Assembly: GCA_903813345.2 (NCBI GenBank)
Contig: CAIIXF020000001.1
Location: forward strand, 20,026,001 to 20,090,000
Reading direction: 5' to 3'
DNA from: Owenia fusiformis
Taxonomy: Eukaryota
Length of the DNA: 64,000 nucleotides
Position numbers and translations under genes: made by a program. Positions 11,896-26,700 of this stretch are shown here, piece after piece. The notes below the pieces were generated by a model. It ran no database searches. It was not told the origin of the DNA and worked only from the letters and a program-made list of their open reading frames with translations. Numbering within the stretch: position 1 is the stretch's first letter; the number at the start of each line of letters is the position of its first letter.

Positions 11896-13760
11896 TTTTT
11901 AAGTTTAAGTTTAATATAGTTTATTTTTGTGTCACAAGCAATAATATTAAAATACATTTAAAACACTTTTTTAAAAAAACATTGCTTCTAGCCGATGCCG
12001 GCTTATGAGACACCAAGTTGATACATGTGTGGGTAATATTAAAATTCCCATGTGAAAATTACTAAATGCACAATAAGACAGTGATAAAGACCATAATTTT
12101 TGTATACTGAGTTCACTGTTTACTTCCACTTACTAAGAGGAGACATCTTCCCCAAGGTTGATGTTCCTGGGAGCAAATGGAAAGAGAAACCCTGCTTAAT
12201 CAGTGATATAAGGGCCCTCTGGTTGGCCCAATACCCTCCTGAGGGGTCCCCCATATCACAGTGGATCTACAGGTTTGCATCTTGTATCTATTTTGGCAGT
12301 ATCACAGTTCTAAATAGTATGTAAAAGTGCTGTAAAGTGGCAGAATCAATATCATATGGCCTTTATCCCCAGACAAGCAACTTATGTATAATTGAATATC
12401 AACAAATAGAATACAGTATGAGAAAATATACATTATAATTTGTTGTTATGGAATTATCTCAAATAGAGGTACTGTTAAAGTCTTTCTAGATCAAAGTTTC
12501 TTTTACTGAACATCTTAAATAATGTACTTGCAAAAGCTCTTTGTATACAGGGCGTGTGCATAAGTCTAGTAAACAGCAGAATATGATCATTTGAACCAGT
12601 TTCAATGCTAGGGGCCAGCTTATTAACAATAGCCAGAAATTTTTTCCTCAAAACATTGTAGTGAGAGCATTTGAGAGTGAAGTGTATCTCGTCCTCAATC
12701 TCATTAGAGTCACATAAAGCACATTTTCGATCCTCAAGAGGTGTATTGGTATAACGGCCAGTTTCAATGTGTAGTTTCAATGTTCCAGTTCTCAGTTTTG
12801 CAAGAATACTTCTATGATGGCGTGGCATAAACATTTCAATGTATGCTTCAGTTGATGCACCATATTTAAATTGACGATATGTTCTCAGTTTATTGCCATT
12901 AGTTTCATTATTTTTATCATTCCAGATATTTCGAAGAAAAGGATCAGTAGTCTGTAGGTGATTTTTAATAGCTTTGATACATGGTTTTATCTCAATGTAC
13001 TGATTATTCAAAAGTATACCACAAGATTCAATGAAATGTTTAGTACGAGAATTCCAACTTGATTTCCTTCGTAACGACCATATATGTATCCGATTATTTA
13101 ATCTGGTATTTTCCATATTGTGGAGTCGCAGATATAGTCGGGCACATTCCAATTTTTGTTTGTGGATAGGGGGGCTCCAGCCCATGTCCCCTCTGGCTCC
13201 TTCATTGCTCGTCTTTTGGCCTACTCCTAGGAATATTTTTGTTGCTTTATTTTGTACATTATTGATACAACGATGCTCATTAAGACCAATAATTGAGGTA
13301 CCATAGTTGATGATTGGTTGGACTATTGTATCATATAGCTTAGTATAAACTGCATAGTCCATTCCACCTGCAGCTTTGAATTTACATGTTAACACTGCCA
13401 GGGCACGACTAGCTGACTTTGCTATTTCTTTTGCTGTGATCTTAGCATCAACATATGTTCACTTAGCCAGACACCAAGGTACTTGTAGGAGTTTGCATAG
13501 TCAAGTGTTTTTGGGCCACATTTGAATACATGATCTGATCGGGGCCTCGCAGCAGGGCGGTAGTGAACAATTTTGGATTTTTTCTTGCTGACTGTGAGTC
13601 GCCATTTTCGACACCATATGTAGAGGGCATTCAGCATACGTTGTAGATCCTCTGCAGTCCCAGAGATGAGGGCTATATCGTCGGCATAGAGTAAAATGCT
13701 AACCACTTCATCTCCGACTTGAACACCACATCCGAGTTGTTTGATAATGTTCGCTATCAA
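11896..13760 (-). mobile_element. 5'-truncated, frameshifted non-LTR retrotransposon (LINE): C-terminal RT, Cys/His motif and 3' UTR
   Basis: ORF 13422-13766 has LLYADD and YKYLG RT motifs; after a frameshift, ORF 12475-13395 has KLRTY..FK, HIETGRY and CALC..EDEIHF..KC; the 3' end has AATAAA and an (AAACTT)n tail near 11900-11925. Clade (RTE-X-like?) is uncertain. Confidence 0.9.
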
Positions 13761-14394
13761 AGTCATCCAAATGTGGAACGTTGATTACATGTATTTACTA
13801 AAGTCAGTGAAAAGGTAAAAAGGGCAACAAAATGCATTATGTATCTACCTTTAAAATTATTTGACATTGCTGAAAGAAAATTGCTATATTATAAAGATCT
13901 ATAATAATTCATTGCTATGGTAATACATTTGTATTATATTGCCTAATTGGAATACTTTTACTCTTATAGCATGTCTAAAGGTTTGTAATGTATCAAGTTC
14001 TTTGTCAATAAGGATTGCCTCTCAACTTGATATTGCAAGAATGTTGCATGTAACAGACATCAAACACTGACAACTAGAGATCTGTGACTGAGAATGTGGA
14101 ATATTTTCCAATTTACCATTGGTTTTCTCATTTTCAATGCCCTCTCTATGAATGGAGATTTTTCAAATATTTTTTCATTGACCAAAAATAAACTTGACAC
14201 ATTTGTAGTTAACATTTTTCATTTCTGAGGAATTAGTCTGTCAAAATCCATTGAAATCTTGAGAATATTCTGGTAAAAGAGCGTATTCTTCAGATTTATA
14301 AAGGTTTCCTTGAATACATTTTTCACTAGACATTTTAGAACAATCACTCTTGAATACTTTCTTGCAATTAAAACTTTGATAATTTTTTAGTAAA

Positions 14395-14530
14395 TGAGTG
14401 ACTCTGAGTAGACAAATTCTGACTCAGTGTGTTTGAGTAGACAATTTGTAGCTCAGTGAGTCGGAGTAGACAAATAGTAGCTGGATAAGTTGAGTAGATA
14501 AGTGTTATTCAGAATGTCTGAATAGATGAG
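14395..14530. repeat. Short degenerate tandem repeat, ~29-bp unit (GAGTAGACAA...)
   Basis: GAGTAGACAA-like cores at ~14406, 14435, 14464 and 14493. Confidence 0.7.
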
Positions 14531-15814
14531 TTTTTGCAAAATGAGGCGAGTCCCAATAAATCAAACTTAAAACAATGCATTGTTTTCTGTGCATTTCATA
14601 TATACATTTATTTTTATTAAAACCAGAAATTCTTTTCTGAATATTACATAAAATAGAGGTACAGTATATTTTACTATACAGAATATACATATACAATCAA
14701 TTAATAATATCGTTATTTACATTTATTTATAGCTTGTATATTATTTATAATTTAATACTCTGTACATTATATATCACACAAAAGGCCAGCTTTGCGGAGA
14801 AAAAGAAAATCATAAAATGACAAATATTCATATATGCATATGATTATTAAACAGTAACACATTGCACTTCAAGTTGAAGTTGAGTTTTAGTTTCTTAAAG
14901 AAACTTATCAAACAAAATACATTTTATTACAGTGTCACAGTCAAAAATAGTGTAAAACATTGCTATAGACTCAAAAAATCTTTGTCTGCATGAACATGAA
15001 TGTCATAACAAGACGTTTTAGACTATGGTGATTTTTTCAATTCTGTTAAATCCTTGAATGGTCTCATTTTTCATTAAGATGGAGTCACTTAAGGGTATTT
15101 ATTGTATGAGATGCCATACATAGCTCCTATAATCCTCAAAGTCAAATGAAAACACTTATTACCCGATAAAGTGGCTTAAAACAAACAATATATCGGATTA
15201 ACCGTTGTGAATTTGAATATATTGCAGACATACATCTAATTGCAGGACTTCCTAAGATTCAGAACAACTCTCTTTCAACTAAAGATAATCAATATGCCAT
15301 AGAATTAATGGATCATAAACTCATATGCCAGACTAGCAAAATATTGAAGAGTTTTATTCTTTTCACATATTGCCTACATTTCTGCCGGTGCCCGACCGAT
15401 GAGTATTTTGTTCAAACTCATCGGCTGGGAACCAGTACTGAAAATCAGAGCAAATGTTACCATGGCATTAACTATAATAATAACTCTGTTCTTGATTACA
15501 ATTAACAAATAAAATCAATGCAAGTTTTAACTAATAATTAGCCTAATATCGCAATTTATAATACCCTTATTCCTCAAGTACATATTACCAAGGACTGGTA
15601 ACTAAAACAAACCCTTCTATTATTGATATCTGTATTCTACACCATACATCAAAAGTTGGTATTTTGTATTGCAATCTATTACAGTATCCCTCTACAGACT
15701 AATGGACAAAATATGTTACAATCAATAGAAAATGAATAATCATGACCTGCAGGTTGCCAGTCTGTTTTAGATTACAACAAAACAAGACTAATATTACCTT
15801 GATGAAAGTAAGAC

Positions 15815-16020
15815 CAGTGATCTCCCCAGTATTAAAGCAAATAGGCGCAACACCCACCTGAGGTTTTGAAAATAGGCTTGCACCCACATGAAAATCCATT
15901 TGCACCCACTTGAAAATGAGAAAAATCATGAAAAATTGGCATATGTTGACCAATTTTGGTCTACATCGTGGAAATGAGAATTTTGCACCCACCTGAGAAA
16001 AAATCCTGGGGAGATCACTG
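15815..16020. mobile_element. MITE with 15-bp TIR and 5-bp TSD (hAT5-like)
   Basis: CAGTGATCTCCCCAG ... CTGGGGAGATCACTG, flanked by AAGAC on both sides; internal GCACCCAC repeats. Confidence 0.85.
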
Positions 16021-19000
16021 AAGACCATGAAGAGAATTGGACCATGAATAAAAAAAGTACTATCAACAGGCAAAAATGATTCATGTGATTCAATTAACAC
16101 ATTTTTATACACAGCATATTATCTAAAAAAAGAAATAAGTAAAATAAACTAAATTAATCAGTATTTGTTCTAATGAAGTGATATGAATGATATCCAACAA
16201 AGTCATCCCCATTTCAGAAGCAACCTGCCTGCAGAGCTTTCTGGATTATCCTCTTAGAATCGCCAATCACTTAAAAATTGAAAAATGCATCATCTAATAC
16301 TTTATCAACTTAAGTACATGGGGCATGTAGTCTTTGGTATTAGGACAGATTGATTGCTCTCCAAAATAAAGTGTATGTCAGTGCAAAACATTGGCAATGA
16401 GAGAAACCTAGAAGGCTATAGACCACACTACAACACACCTGAGAGCAATGCAATAATTAGAGAAAATCAATCAACGTGACTAGAGAGTGCACTGTGTAAT
16501 ATAAGAGATAAAAGCCAATGTACGTCGATTCAGGTCCGATTCATGATATGCGAAATTACCCGAAGGCATACAAGGTGCGGACAGAAATATATATACATTT
16601 CTCTGTTTCTTTGAACACCATAATTATGTTGCTTTGATCTGGTAGACTTCACTACTGAAAAAACTACTAAAACATTTCATGAAAGGTACATAATCACCTA
16701 GAGAATCAATAACTCACCCAACTCCTACAAAAGCAGGACTCTTCCTCTATAACCTTGATTATTACCTTAATTTTGTATTCAACCAACCATGATTTGCACT
16801 CGGAGAAAAATAAGGTTACAAAATATGGCTCATGAAGTTGAGATTCATAGAAAAGATAAATTACAGTAAAACCTGTCTGATGAAACACCTTTTTATGAAA
16901 GGAATACCTGTTCACAAGGAATGGTTTTCAAAAGAACCAAATATTTTTCCATTGTCTTAAATGTTAACAGAACTAGGTCTACTGGGAACAAGGAACAATG
17001 TTTTAAGGGTAAAATTCTAAACTAACAAAGAACATGGAAAATTGGTTACACTGTTCGTACATCCTTTTGTTTTCCAGAGGTGTAAATGGCTTAGGTCAAC
17101 ATCTCATTCTAAAGATCTTAGATAATATGAGGTTGATTAGGATAAGCCACTTGTTAACAGGATGGGATACCACACCCATTGTTAATTACTCTAATACGTT
17201 TTAATATATGTTTTTTTCAGTTTGTTTTTTGGCATGACACAAATGCAATTAAGTTAAGTTCTCGGAACATATCACATCATTAATTCATCATCAACAATGA
17301 TTAAATGTTTATTTGGCAATTTGGGATTGGCCAAAGCATGAAACCTCTCTGTAGGGAACACTTGATGTCACCAATAACAGTTTTGTCCATTCTGGAGAGG
17401 GTTCCTTGTTTGCAAGTTTTACTGAATATGAAACATTTGGCAAGGGTTACATTCATTTGATACATTCAGGGTTATATGTGTATTGACTGATTGCAAAAAA
17501 TGTTGAGCAAACAAAAATTGATTAGTACATCCACAGAACTATACACCTGGGCTGTTAAAAGAATACTAATACAAGTACTCTCATTTTCATGTTCATCATG
17601 GAATCAAACTGAAATGTCAGTAATTGAAGGTGATGTACATTTTAATACTGGCTCAATATTATGAGTTTATGCTTGATATTGTACTTTTAAAGCATCTAAT
17701 TCAATACAGTAGAACATGTGTTTGTGGAACACTTTTGGTTCAACAAAAATTGTTCCACTTATTATGAGATGTTCCACTTGCAGGTGTTCAACTTAACAGG
17801 TTTTACTTTATATAAGTTACCTAGAGGGTACCTATATTTTTCTAGTGTCACTTTAAACATACAAATTGCCAGTAACCTCCAAGTATTTCAATCCAGTTAT
17901 TTTATAAAAATGCGAATGAGAGCATTTGTATTAAAATGCAATGGGATACCATGGTTTATCATGATGACAGGCTACTGTCGTATATACAGCCCAAAGACTT
18001 TGAAGAGAGCAGTTATCTTTATATTACAGAAGGAGAATGTAAATCCCCAATGATAAAATAATACAAAATGTTTGTACAGCACAGTAAAACCTGTCATACG
18101 GAATACCTTTCTGTAAGGAATACCCTACAAGGAACATTTTTTTTCAAAAGAACCAATTATTTTCCCAGTAACTTCCATGTTAATGGATGCTCTCTGTCGG
18201 GAACACTTGTTATCTGGGAATAGTTTCCGCAAGAACCGAGAGAATTCTTGGTTCAAAGGTTTTACTGTATTTCTAATATATCTCATATTTCTGCAATACT
18301 TGAAGTTTCCAGTTTCGGATGTTGCATTTAAAATAGCAAACCATGAAGCGAGGTTGCTATGACTGCACTTTCAACAACAGGTAATACTGAAGTGTAAAAC
18401 ACTAAGAAGATTATAATTAAAAGTACTATAGACAGGGTATTATAGGGTAGGCCTATAATAAATTTACATTTTTAGAGATTTTAAAAAATTCATTTAACAT
18501 CATCAGAAAGAACATCTTAAGCGATTCACATGGTTCTTCTGATGAAATGATGTGAAATTTGTCAAATATATATACACTAAAACCCCTTTAATAGAAAATA
18601 TTAAAAAATATAGTGCATATAACCTGTTTTACAATAACATAGTACCAAGATGAGGCAATAAATTCAGAATAAGCCATTTTAAGAGAATAAAGATAGTTTG
18701 AAAATCCACTATAAACAAGAGATCACATCATTCCAAATAATAAATAAAAGATATGATTATAACTACATGTTGAAATTATTTCTAAAACATGTAGAAAGAC
18801 AGCGAGCTAACTACAATATCACTACTGTCTTATAATTGAAATATCAATCTGAGAACTGAATATCAGACTTTTTTATAGCAAATAAGGGACTGGGACCAAA
18901 TATCAATTTCTGTTAAAGCTTGAACTCCTTCTCTTTTAAACAAAACCTTGAATGTCGATCAAAGCATGTGACCTGACCTTGATCCCAATTCCCAAAACAA

Positions 19001-20768
19001 AATTAATTATTTTTTAACAGATATTAGCTGAGCAGGTTACTTTGGAACAAAGCACATAATTATAATCATTATTGCAATAAACATTTCACCTTTTGTATAA
19101 ACAATACAGCACATGTAATGTTATATTGAGTAAATTATATGAACTGAATATACCATTGCAATACAATTTGAAAAAAGATATATAGGGTGTCCATAGAGTC
19201 TCTCTACACTTTAAAGACTTTGTATTGTAAAAAAACTTTATGGACAGCTTGTATGTTGATGGTGGTTTCAAAATGAGAATAAAATCAGAATTTTACCAAA
19301 TTAGCTTTGAAGCAGAAAAAAGAATTGAATATGAATATTGTGAAAGGAATATTCATACGCACATATTATATTCAACTGCATTTACAAATAACATTATAGC
19401 GTATTATATTTATTGAAGCTATCATTTTAAGACAAATTCTCATGGTGATGGACTAAGGCTCATGAGCACAAAATAAATATTTATCACCGGTATTGTGATG
19501 TCAATAAGATATATGTGATGGCAATAAAATAGTTGATGACACTTCATATTTTAGAACCCCAACCACCCCCCCCCCTCATCATGATTTTGAGCCTTAATGC
19601 AAAACAGTGAAACTAATTGGTCCCTGATTATTCTAAATTGTGAAATGAGAAGAGTGTATTGCTAGGTATCATTATCTGCTCTGGATATGGAATGTTCTAT
19701 TTCAAAAATAAATTCGTTTTCCTCACTTTTCATGAAAAAATATAATTAATACTATAATACAGGAATAAGATGAATTTGTAGCTTTAAACAATAATTCAAT
19801 ATCTTGAATACTAATTCAAATATCTTATATCTATCTTTCCAGCAAATATGTGTAAACATACAAAGTTCTTTTTATTCTAAGTAGCAAAAAGCTAATTGTA
19901 ATTTCTCGTAAAATAGAAGCATAACAAAGATCACAGGTAAGGATCAAATATCACTCTGCCGTGTGCAAGGATGTCACGGAGGTGTGATTTGGCCAATTAG
20001 TACAACAATTTGTGAACAACTAGACTATTTTTGTCGATATTTAATAGGAATGTGCAGTGAAATTATACTAATACCTGTACACACATTAGAGTGATGTTTA
20101 ATATCTACCTGTCTTTCACAATACCCTGTTAAGTATAGTTACCGCCCCAAGACCTCAAGTTATGTTACAGATGGTCTGCAAATTGCAATAGGGATACAGG
20201 CACTTTAAACATGTGTTTTGAGGCACTACAGAAATGCAAATCATGATGTACATGTAGAACACCTCTTGCACTGCACTAATTGGGATCAGTAGGAAAGTGA
20301 AGAGCTTAAGGGATAAGTGTAGATATACAGGGATATATCTCACGAATGAACATGATGAACACGTTCCCCTCAAGACTCATTATAATTTTTCCTATTGATC
20401 TGCTCATTAAACCTTTGTTGCACTTATACCCTTGCCCAAATACATCACGTTTTACACTTATTGCAGTGCCATACAGCACTTTTATCTGCTTTATATTATA
20501 TCATATTTGGGCTTGTACGCTGTATTTGCAAAATGGCATTCTCTTTATTGGACAAGCAAAGGTTTTTTTCTTTGTGGCATGATTGATTTTTTTCAAAGGG
20601 AAAGTGAACCAAGGATGATAAGAGAGCACCGCCCTATTCAACATTGCCACAGACCCTTCCTTAAAACACAGAGGTTTTCTGTAACGAATATCCACATTTG
20701 TTGCCGAGTACATGTAGGTGATACTCAAAAGTAAATTTCTCCAATAAAAATCTACATAAAACTCTGTG

Positions 20769-23700
20769 TTATAAAATAGTACATAATTTTGATTTGCCAT
20801 TTTTACTGTTTGTGCTTTTTGTACCAGAATTCCCATTTTGAGATGAATGATTTTGCTCTTGTTCCAAAATATCATAATAACCTAACTTTTTCTTCTGCAG
20901 ACGATGTAAGATGATGCGATACGTCCCAGTGATACAACTTCGAGATTCCTTCCCATGAGCTTGTTTGATATGGTCCTGGTTTATTCCTAATTCACGTAAC
21001 ATATTCCGAGCTTGTACTTCTTCATCTTTCAGGTTTCCATTGTCATCTAAAGCAGGGTTGAGGTTATACTCCTCTAAGGCCTCTGGAAATTCCTGATTTT
21101 CCAACCACTTATGTTCTATAATCTTTCCCACTGTCAATCGATCAATTGGGGTCTGTTGCAAAACACTCTTTATCAAATCTTGGCAGGGTTCTGATAAATA
21201 CATAGGTATAGAGTAATAGCCATCGAGGATAACTTTCTTCAACTTGCCAACTGTCTCTGCTCTAAAAGGCATGATACCAGTCACCATAAAATAAAGCATG
21301 ATCCCAAGGGCCCAGATATCAACATATGTCCCGTAGTAACTTTCATCTTTGAATAATTCAGGAGCAGCATATGGTGGGGACCCACAAAATGTGTTCAATG
21401 TCTGATCAGGCCTACTGACAGTGCTGAAGCCAAAATCGCCAACTTTGATGAGTTTTGTGCCCGCGTAGAACACATTTTCTGCCTTGAGATCACGATGGAT
21501 GATTTGGTGTTCATGCTGAAATGAAATGAAATAAAGACATTAAAAAATGGCATTTACAACAAGACATGGGGTGAATAATATTGCCCTTGAATAAACAATT
21601 TTCAGGATACAAAATCCAAAGGGGCTGCCTTAAAACCCAGAATGCCAAAAAAAACTAATCAGTTCTACACTTTTGTATCAAGTAATATTCCTCGACATTT
21701 CAGTTCAATCCATCCATTGGTTTGACTTATAATGTGAAGACAAGATTCTTAAATTTTGAAATCAATCTGACAAATGGTTTGTCTGGAAACATACTTATAT
21801 ATATATATGACTTTACACACAAGATTTTAGGACAGAAAATCTAATCTAAAATGATGGCTGCCTTTACATTTACCTCAGGAATGCCCAAAAACTAATCAAA
21901 GAAACACCCCTGTAAATTTCAGATGAATCCACCAAACTGTCCATCAACCAACCTGTCAAACTGAACAAAATATAGCACCAAAAATCCAACCAAAAATGCA
22001 AAAAGACTAGTGTACAAAGACTATGAAGGAATAAATTACTGTTCTGCCACAACTCAACTGTAGATTGAATCACATAAATCACAAGTATACCTATTCAAAG
22101 TGCAGAGACAAAAAGCTTTTAATGATTATCATGTTACAGGAAGTGGCAATGATAAAAATCATTGTTGTAATATGCAATCTATCAGGAAATTAGGCAACCA
22201 TCATGACATATACAAGGGACATATTAACCCACCTTACTTCCTGCGAAAGCTATTTGGATTTTGATATAATAGCTTTCCCAAGGAGCATTTGGACAGCTGA
22301 ATGATTGTGACCTTTGAATTTGAATTAAGTCGATCCGCGACTTACTTTTGGTCTCTAACTGTGTCTTACATCAGTATCATCAATCCGTGTAAGTATTAGA
22401 GCGCTGAAATACTTCTTTTTCGAACAAGACTTGTAAATTGTTCATCGAGTGAATGTTTTTTAGACCTATTTCCAATATGGCGGTTTGCTAGGAGCGAGAT
22501 ACGCAACGAAAGAAATGAATTTTGAGAATTAGTTAGGTTCGGACAACCTCCGGAGATTTACGAAAATGTCCAAGCAGAAAACGCCATATTGGAATTTGGC
22601 AGTAAAAACATTCACTTGACTAACTTGAAAAGGAAGTACTTCATCCCTCCAATACTTACACAGATTGATGATACTGATGTAAGACACAATTAGAGACCAA
22701 AAGTAAGCTGTGGATCGACTTAATTTGATTTCAAAGGTCACTATTAATCAGCTGTTCACTTCCCCGTTTGAGAGCCATAAGTTTCAAAATCTAACATGGC
22801 TCTCGAAGTGAGTAAAACCCACCCACTTAAACCCAATTAAAGAGAGGTTCCCAAAGTTAGAGATCATGCCTGATATTACAAAGGGGAGAAACCTGTAGCA
22901 TTTGTTTCTACAACCCACGTGTGTACATTAAATAAATTTGACACAGACACCAACTCCCAATATTCTATCAAAATGAAGAATAAACATATGAAAAATACAA
23001 GCTAAAATGAATACTCATTGACCTTGCATACTGCATTTGCATACTCAATATCAGACAATATGACTTCATTGTCTGAAAAAGTCAGTTTATGTAATTGCAA
23101 TTTTCTGATTAATAATAGATTGAATTTACTGTTTATATACTAATCTAGTATCCTGATTTATTATATAAATGCACACATATTATCACTGCTCCACAGGACA
23201 ATGAAACTCACTGGAAATTTTACTTGGTTTAGCTGAAATGCCTGAAATCGAAGGCTTATCAAACAATTTTGACAAGAGACTTATAAAACTTTATTATTAT
23301 ATGTCTTTGGACTAACTTCACTTAGTTTCTTTCTAATTTGCACCACTTATTCAAAATCTTTAAACTATCTCTTCATGAGATTATAACTTTCAACTGCATA
23401 TTACTTATTCATACAAGGCATTAACATGCAAAATGTCACCACCTGCCATTTACAGACACCAACCAACCACCAATTGCTGAATACCAACCATCAAACAAAA
23501 AAGTTGGAGACTATAACAATATGTCACCACTTGACACTTGTGGTGGTGATATAAAAAGCTTTATGGGGACTATATTTTTTCTAAAGTTAAGTAATAGCTA
23601 CTTTCGTAGGCACATGTTTAATTTGAATTACTCTTGATCATTAAGTGGTGAATATCCTCTCACTACCTTGAATTTAGTAATTTCTTACATTTGTGTAACA

Positions 23701-26700
23701 CTGAGTCATTTAAATATTTAAGTGAAAGAATATCATAGGAATACCTAGTTGAATAAAGGTTATTTCTGAAATGCCTCTAAATAATCTGGCTTCCTACAAT
23801 CATTTTCATCCAGAACTAAAAAAGGATGCAAATCCAATTAACATCCAGAAAAATGGAACACGAGGAAATGTAATGTATCAATTAATCTGCATCCTTTCAA
23901 CATAAAAACGATATTAGTTATGGAGTAGGAACAGTCCAACAATGCCATACCACTGCCTACATCTATGATTAGTGCTGTCATAGAATACCTCATAAAACAG
24001 GAATATGACATGGTATCCATACATCACCAAAATAAATTGCTAACAAACGAGGATCTTATTACAATCAGATACTTGAAGTGACATATGAGCTATAATAAGA
24101 GCTACTCTATTACCAAGGACAAATTAAAGGAGCCACATTCCTTATATTACAAAAATCTATGAACGATATCGGCAATTTATTGGAAAAACCTGAAGTACTT
24201 ATTTCAGAATGAACAAATATAAGACCCATAAACACAGGGTGGTTGAATAAATTTGGCACTTTTTGTTTTTGCTTGTCTTTGTTGTTTTCCTCTCTGTTCA
24301 ATTCATTTGTAATAAGCCTAAAGCATATGATACACCATTGGAAGGCAAACAGGATTGGCAATTGAATTATATTTCATTTTTAGGAAACAGTTTAAAAGTA
24401 AAGGTTTGAAATGTTTTGTACCATTGGGGCACTCTAAGACTGCTCAAAAATTACCTTAGATATCCTCAAACCTAATGGCCAATCCTGTCTTTTATGCAGC
24501 CATTTGGGATTCAGCACGAATCAGAAGGACAATACAATATTCAGCTATGAAATCTACTCTAAATACTCCCACCCCCAAATTTTGATTTAGGGATCTTATA
24601 ATTAACACAAATTCTTACTTTTATATAGCCAATACTGAATTTTCTGATGTGGGAATTAAAATATTGTTTCAATATTTTAGACTCAAATTATTCCTTGTCA
24701 TATGAATTTTCAAAAAATCTACAAACTTGAACTTTTTCCAGGAAATCAAAAGACTTAAACACTTATGGATTCAATTCCATGTAAATCTGAATATCCACAT
24801 TTATTATCTAACATGTCTGATAGAATTTATACATTTTCCACTTAGAATCTGAAATGACCTTGCCATGTGAGGTAAATTGATGTGCCAACTTTGGAACTTT
24901 GCATTTGACATCAGTGATGCCTAAGGATGTTTACAAAGATGTTTTAAAACAGAGACCACTTATTTGCATGACCTAACTTAAGGTTTCAAAAGTAGACTAG
25001 ACTATAATCACAAAGCCTTGTAACTAGGACAAACAAGGAAACGATCAATTCAAACACAACACCAGTTGAAGGTGGAAAAACTACAAAGTGCTTGCTTTTT
25101 TCAATAAAAAACTATTGATTGACGAATACCCTTCAGACAGCGAGACTGATTATATTTACCCAGGTAACAACTTGTAATTTATTTAAGTCCAAGAATAAAT
25201 ACATCGAGGGAGATTGGATAAGCATGTACTGCGTGTCCTGTGGTTCTTTTATAAATAACCCGCTTAGTTATTGATCATTGCCTAAGTAGACAAGCAGATT
25301 TTAAGATTTCTTCTTAGGAAATGTATTCAGCAATTATCACTCCTCAAAATGTTTTTCCATTGCAAGTCAATCAACCAGAGAATTTAAACCTTGTCTAATC
25401 CTGAGGATAGCTATTAAAAACAAAATCTTTAAAATGTCTGTTCGTATGAGTCATAGATTGTTATATTAGCTCAAAATATTAAACAATTATCATGTTGCCA
25501 TTCAGGTTACATTAAAACATACAGTAAAACCTGTGAACGTTTTTTGCCGAGAAAAATGGTAGGTGTTCACTACAGAGAGGGTAATTTATGCATGTCTACT
25601 AAAGATCACTTGAGAGAGGTAAGGTGTTCACTAAAATAGGTTTTAATGTATATTTTTGTCTATTAATAAGCATTTTCTTAAATCCCTCTGAGCATATAAT
25701 CTTTGATGTGAAACTGGAACATCTCCAAAGTACAATATTTATTGAGCTAAAACCAAGTGCTTGGCTTACACATATTTTACTGTACCTACCATATGTTGCA
25801 CTGCAGCCATAACTTGAGCAAATACACTTTTTGCCTCACTCTCAGGCAATTTACCCTCATTGGATATTTTATTAAACAGTTCGCCTCCATTTGCATACTC
25901 CATCACCATATGTAACTTTGCAAGAGTTTCTACCACCTCATATAAACGTATCACATTAGGGTGGTGTAGCTTCTCCATACTTGAGATCTCACGTGATAAC
26001 AGTCTTTGGGTTTTTTGGTCTAGTTTAGTTTTGTCTAGTATCTTTATTGCCACTTTTTCTGAAAATAAATAAGAAAACATTCAGTGTCATGGAGCAAATT
26101 AATGTTCAATACACATTTGCAAGTTTATCCAAGAGAACCATACACTACAGTTGGGGACAAAAATAAATGACAGGTCGATTTTCGATCACCATTTCCTAAT
26201 TATGGTGGTCTAAAAGCCCATAATTTCCAATATTGTCTAGATATATATCCCTTAAAATTTGTATATTTTACATTTTGTATAATCTCATCCACTGATGTAT
26301 GGCCTCTTGTAAATTCTCTTATTTTTAACATGGGAAATCCTCACTTCAGCAAATCCACCTGTCATTTATTTATGTCCCCAACTGTACCACTTGTTGATTT
26401 GGTCCCCCAATATGAGCTATAAATGGCATATAATTTATCGAATTGGACATACAACCTTAATCCCAATATTACATTGAAAATCTTATGTACATGTATGTAT
26501 GCAAGTATTTCATACTTAATACAACAGCTCACTCATGTGAGCTAAACCATCTGACATGAATCAACAAAATTGCCACGCAAAATTAGTTTTGATAATTGGA
26601 ATGTTTTTTAAGTTTTGAAATATCAATATTTTCATACAACCCGATGAAAGAGAGAGTAATAGGAGTAATCCAACAAGCGATCTGCCTTGTATATATGAGT

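Noticed and set aside
12475..13395. 306-aa ORF as a host gene or domesticated RT
   Set aside because: It is the post-frameshift part of a 5'-truncated LINE with a simple-repeat tail, lacks the N-terminal RT, and has no introns or genuine start.
13800..20760. Possible hidden gene between the LINE and NIM1K
   Set aside because: Only short low-complexity ORFs and MITEs, with no phase-consistent exon chain; more likely long NIM1K 3' UTR or intergenic DNA.
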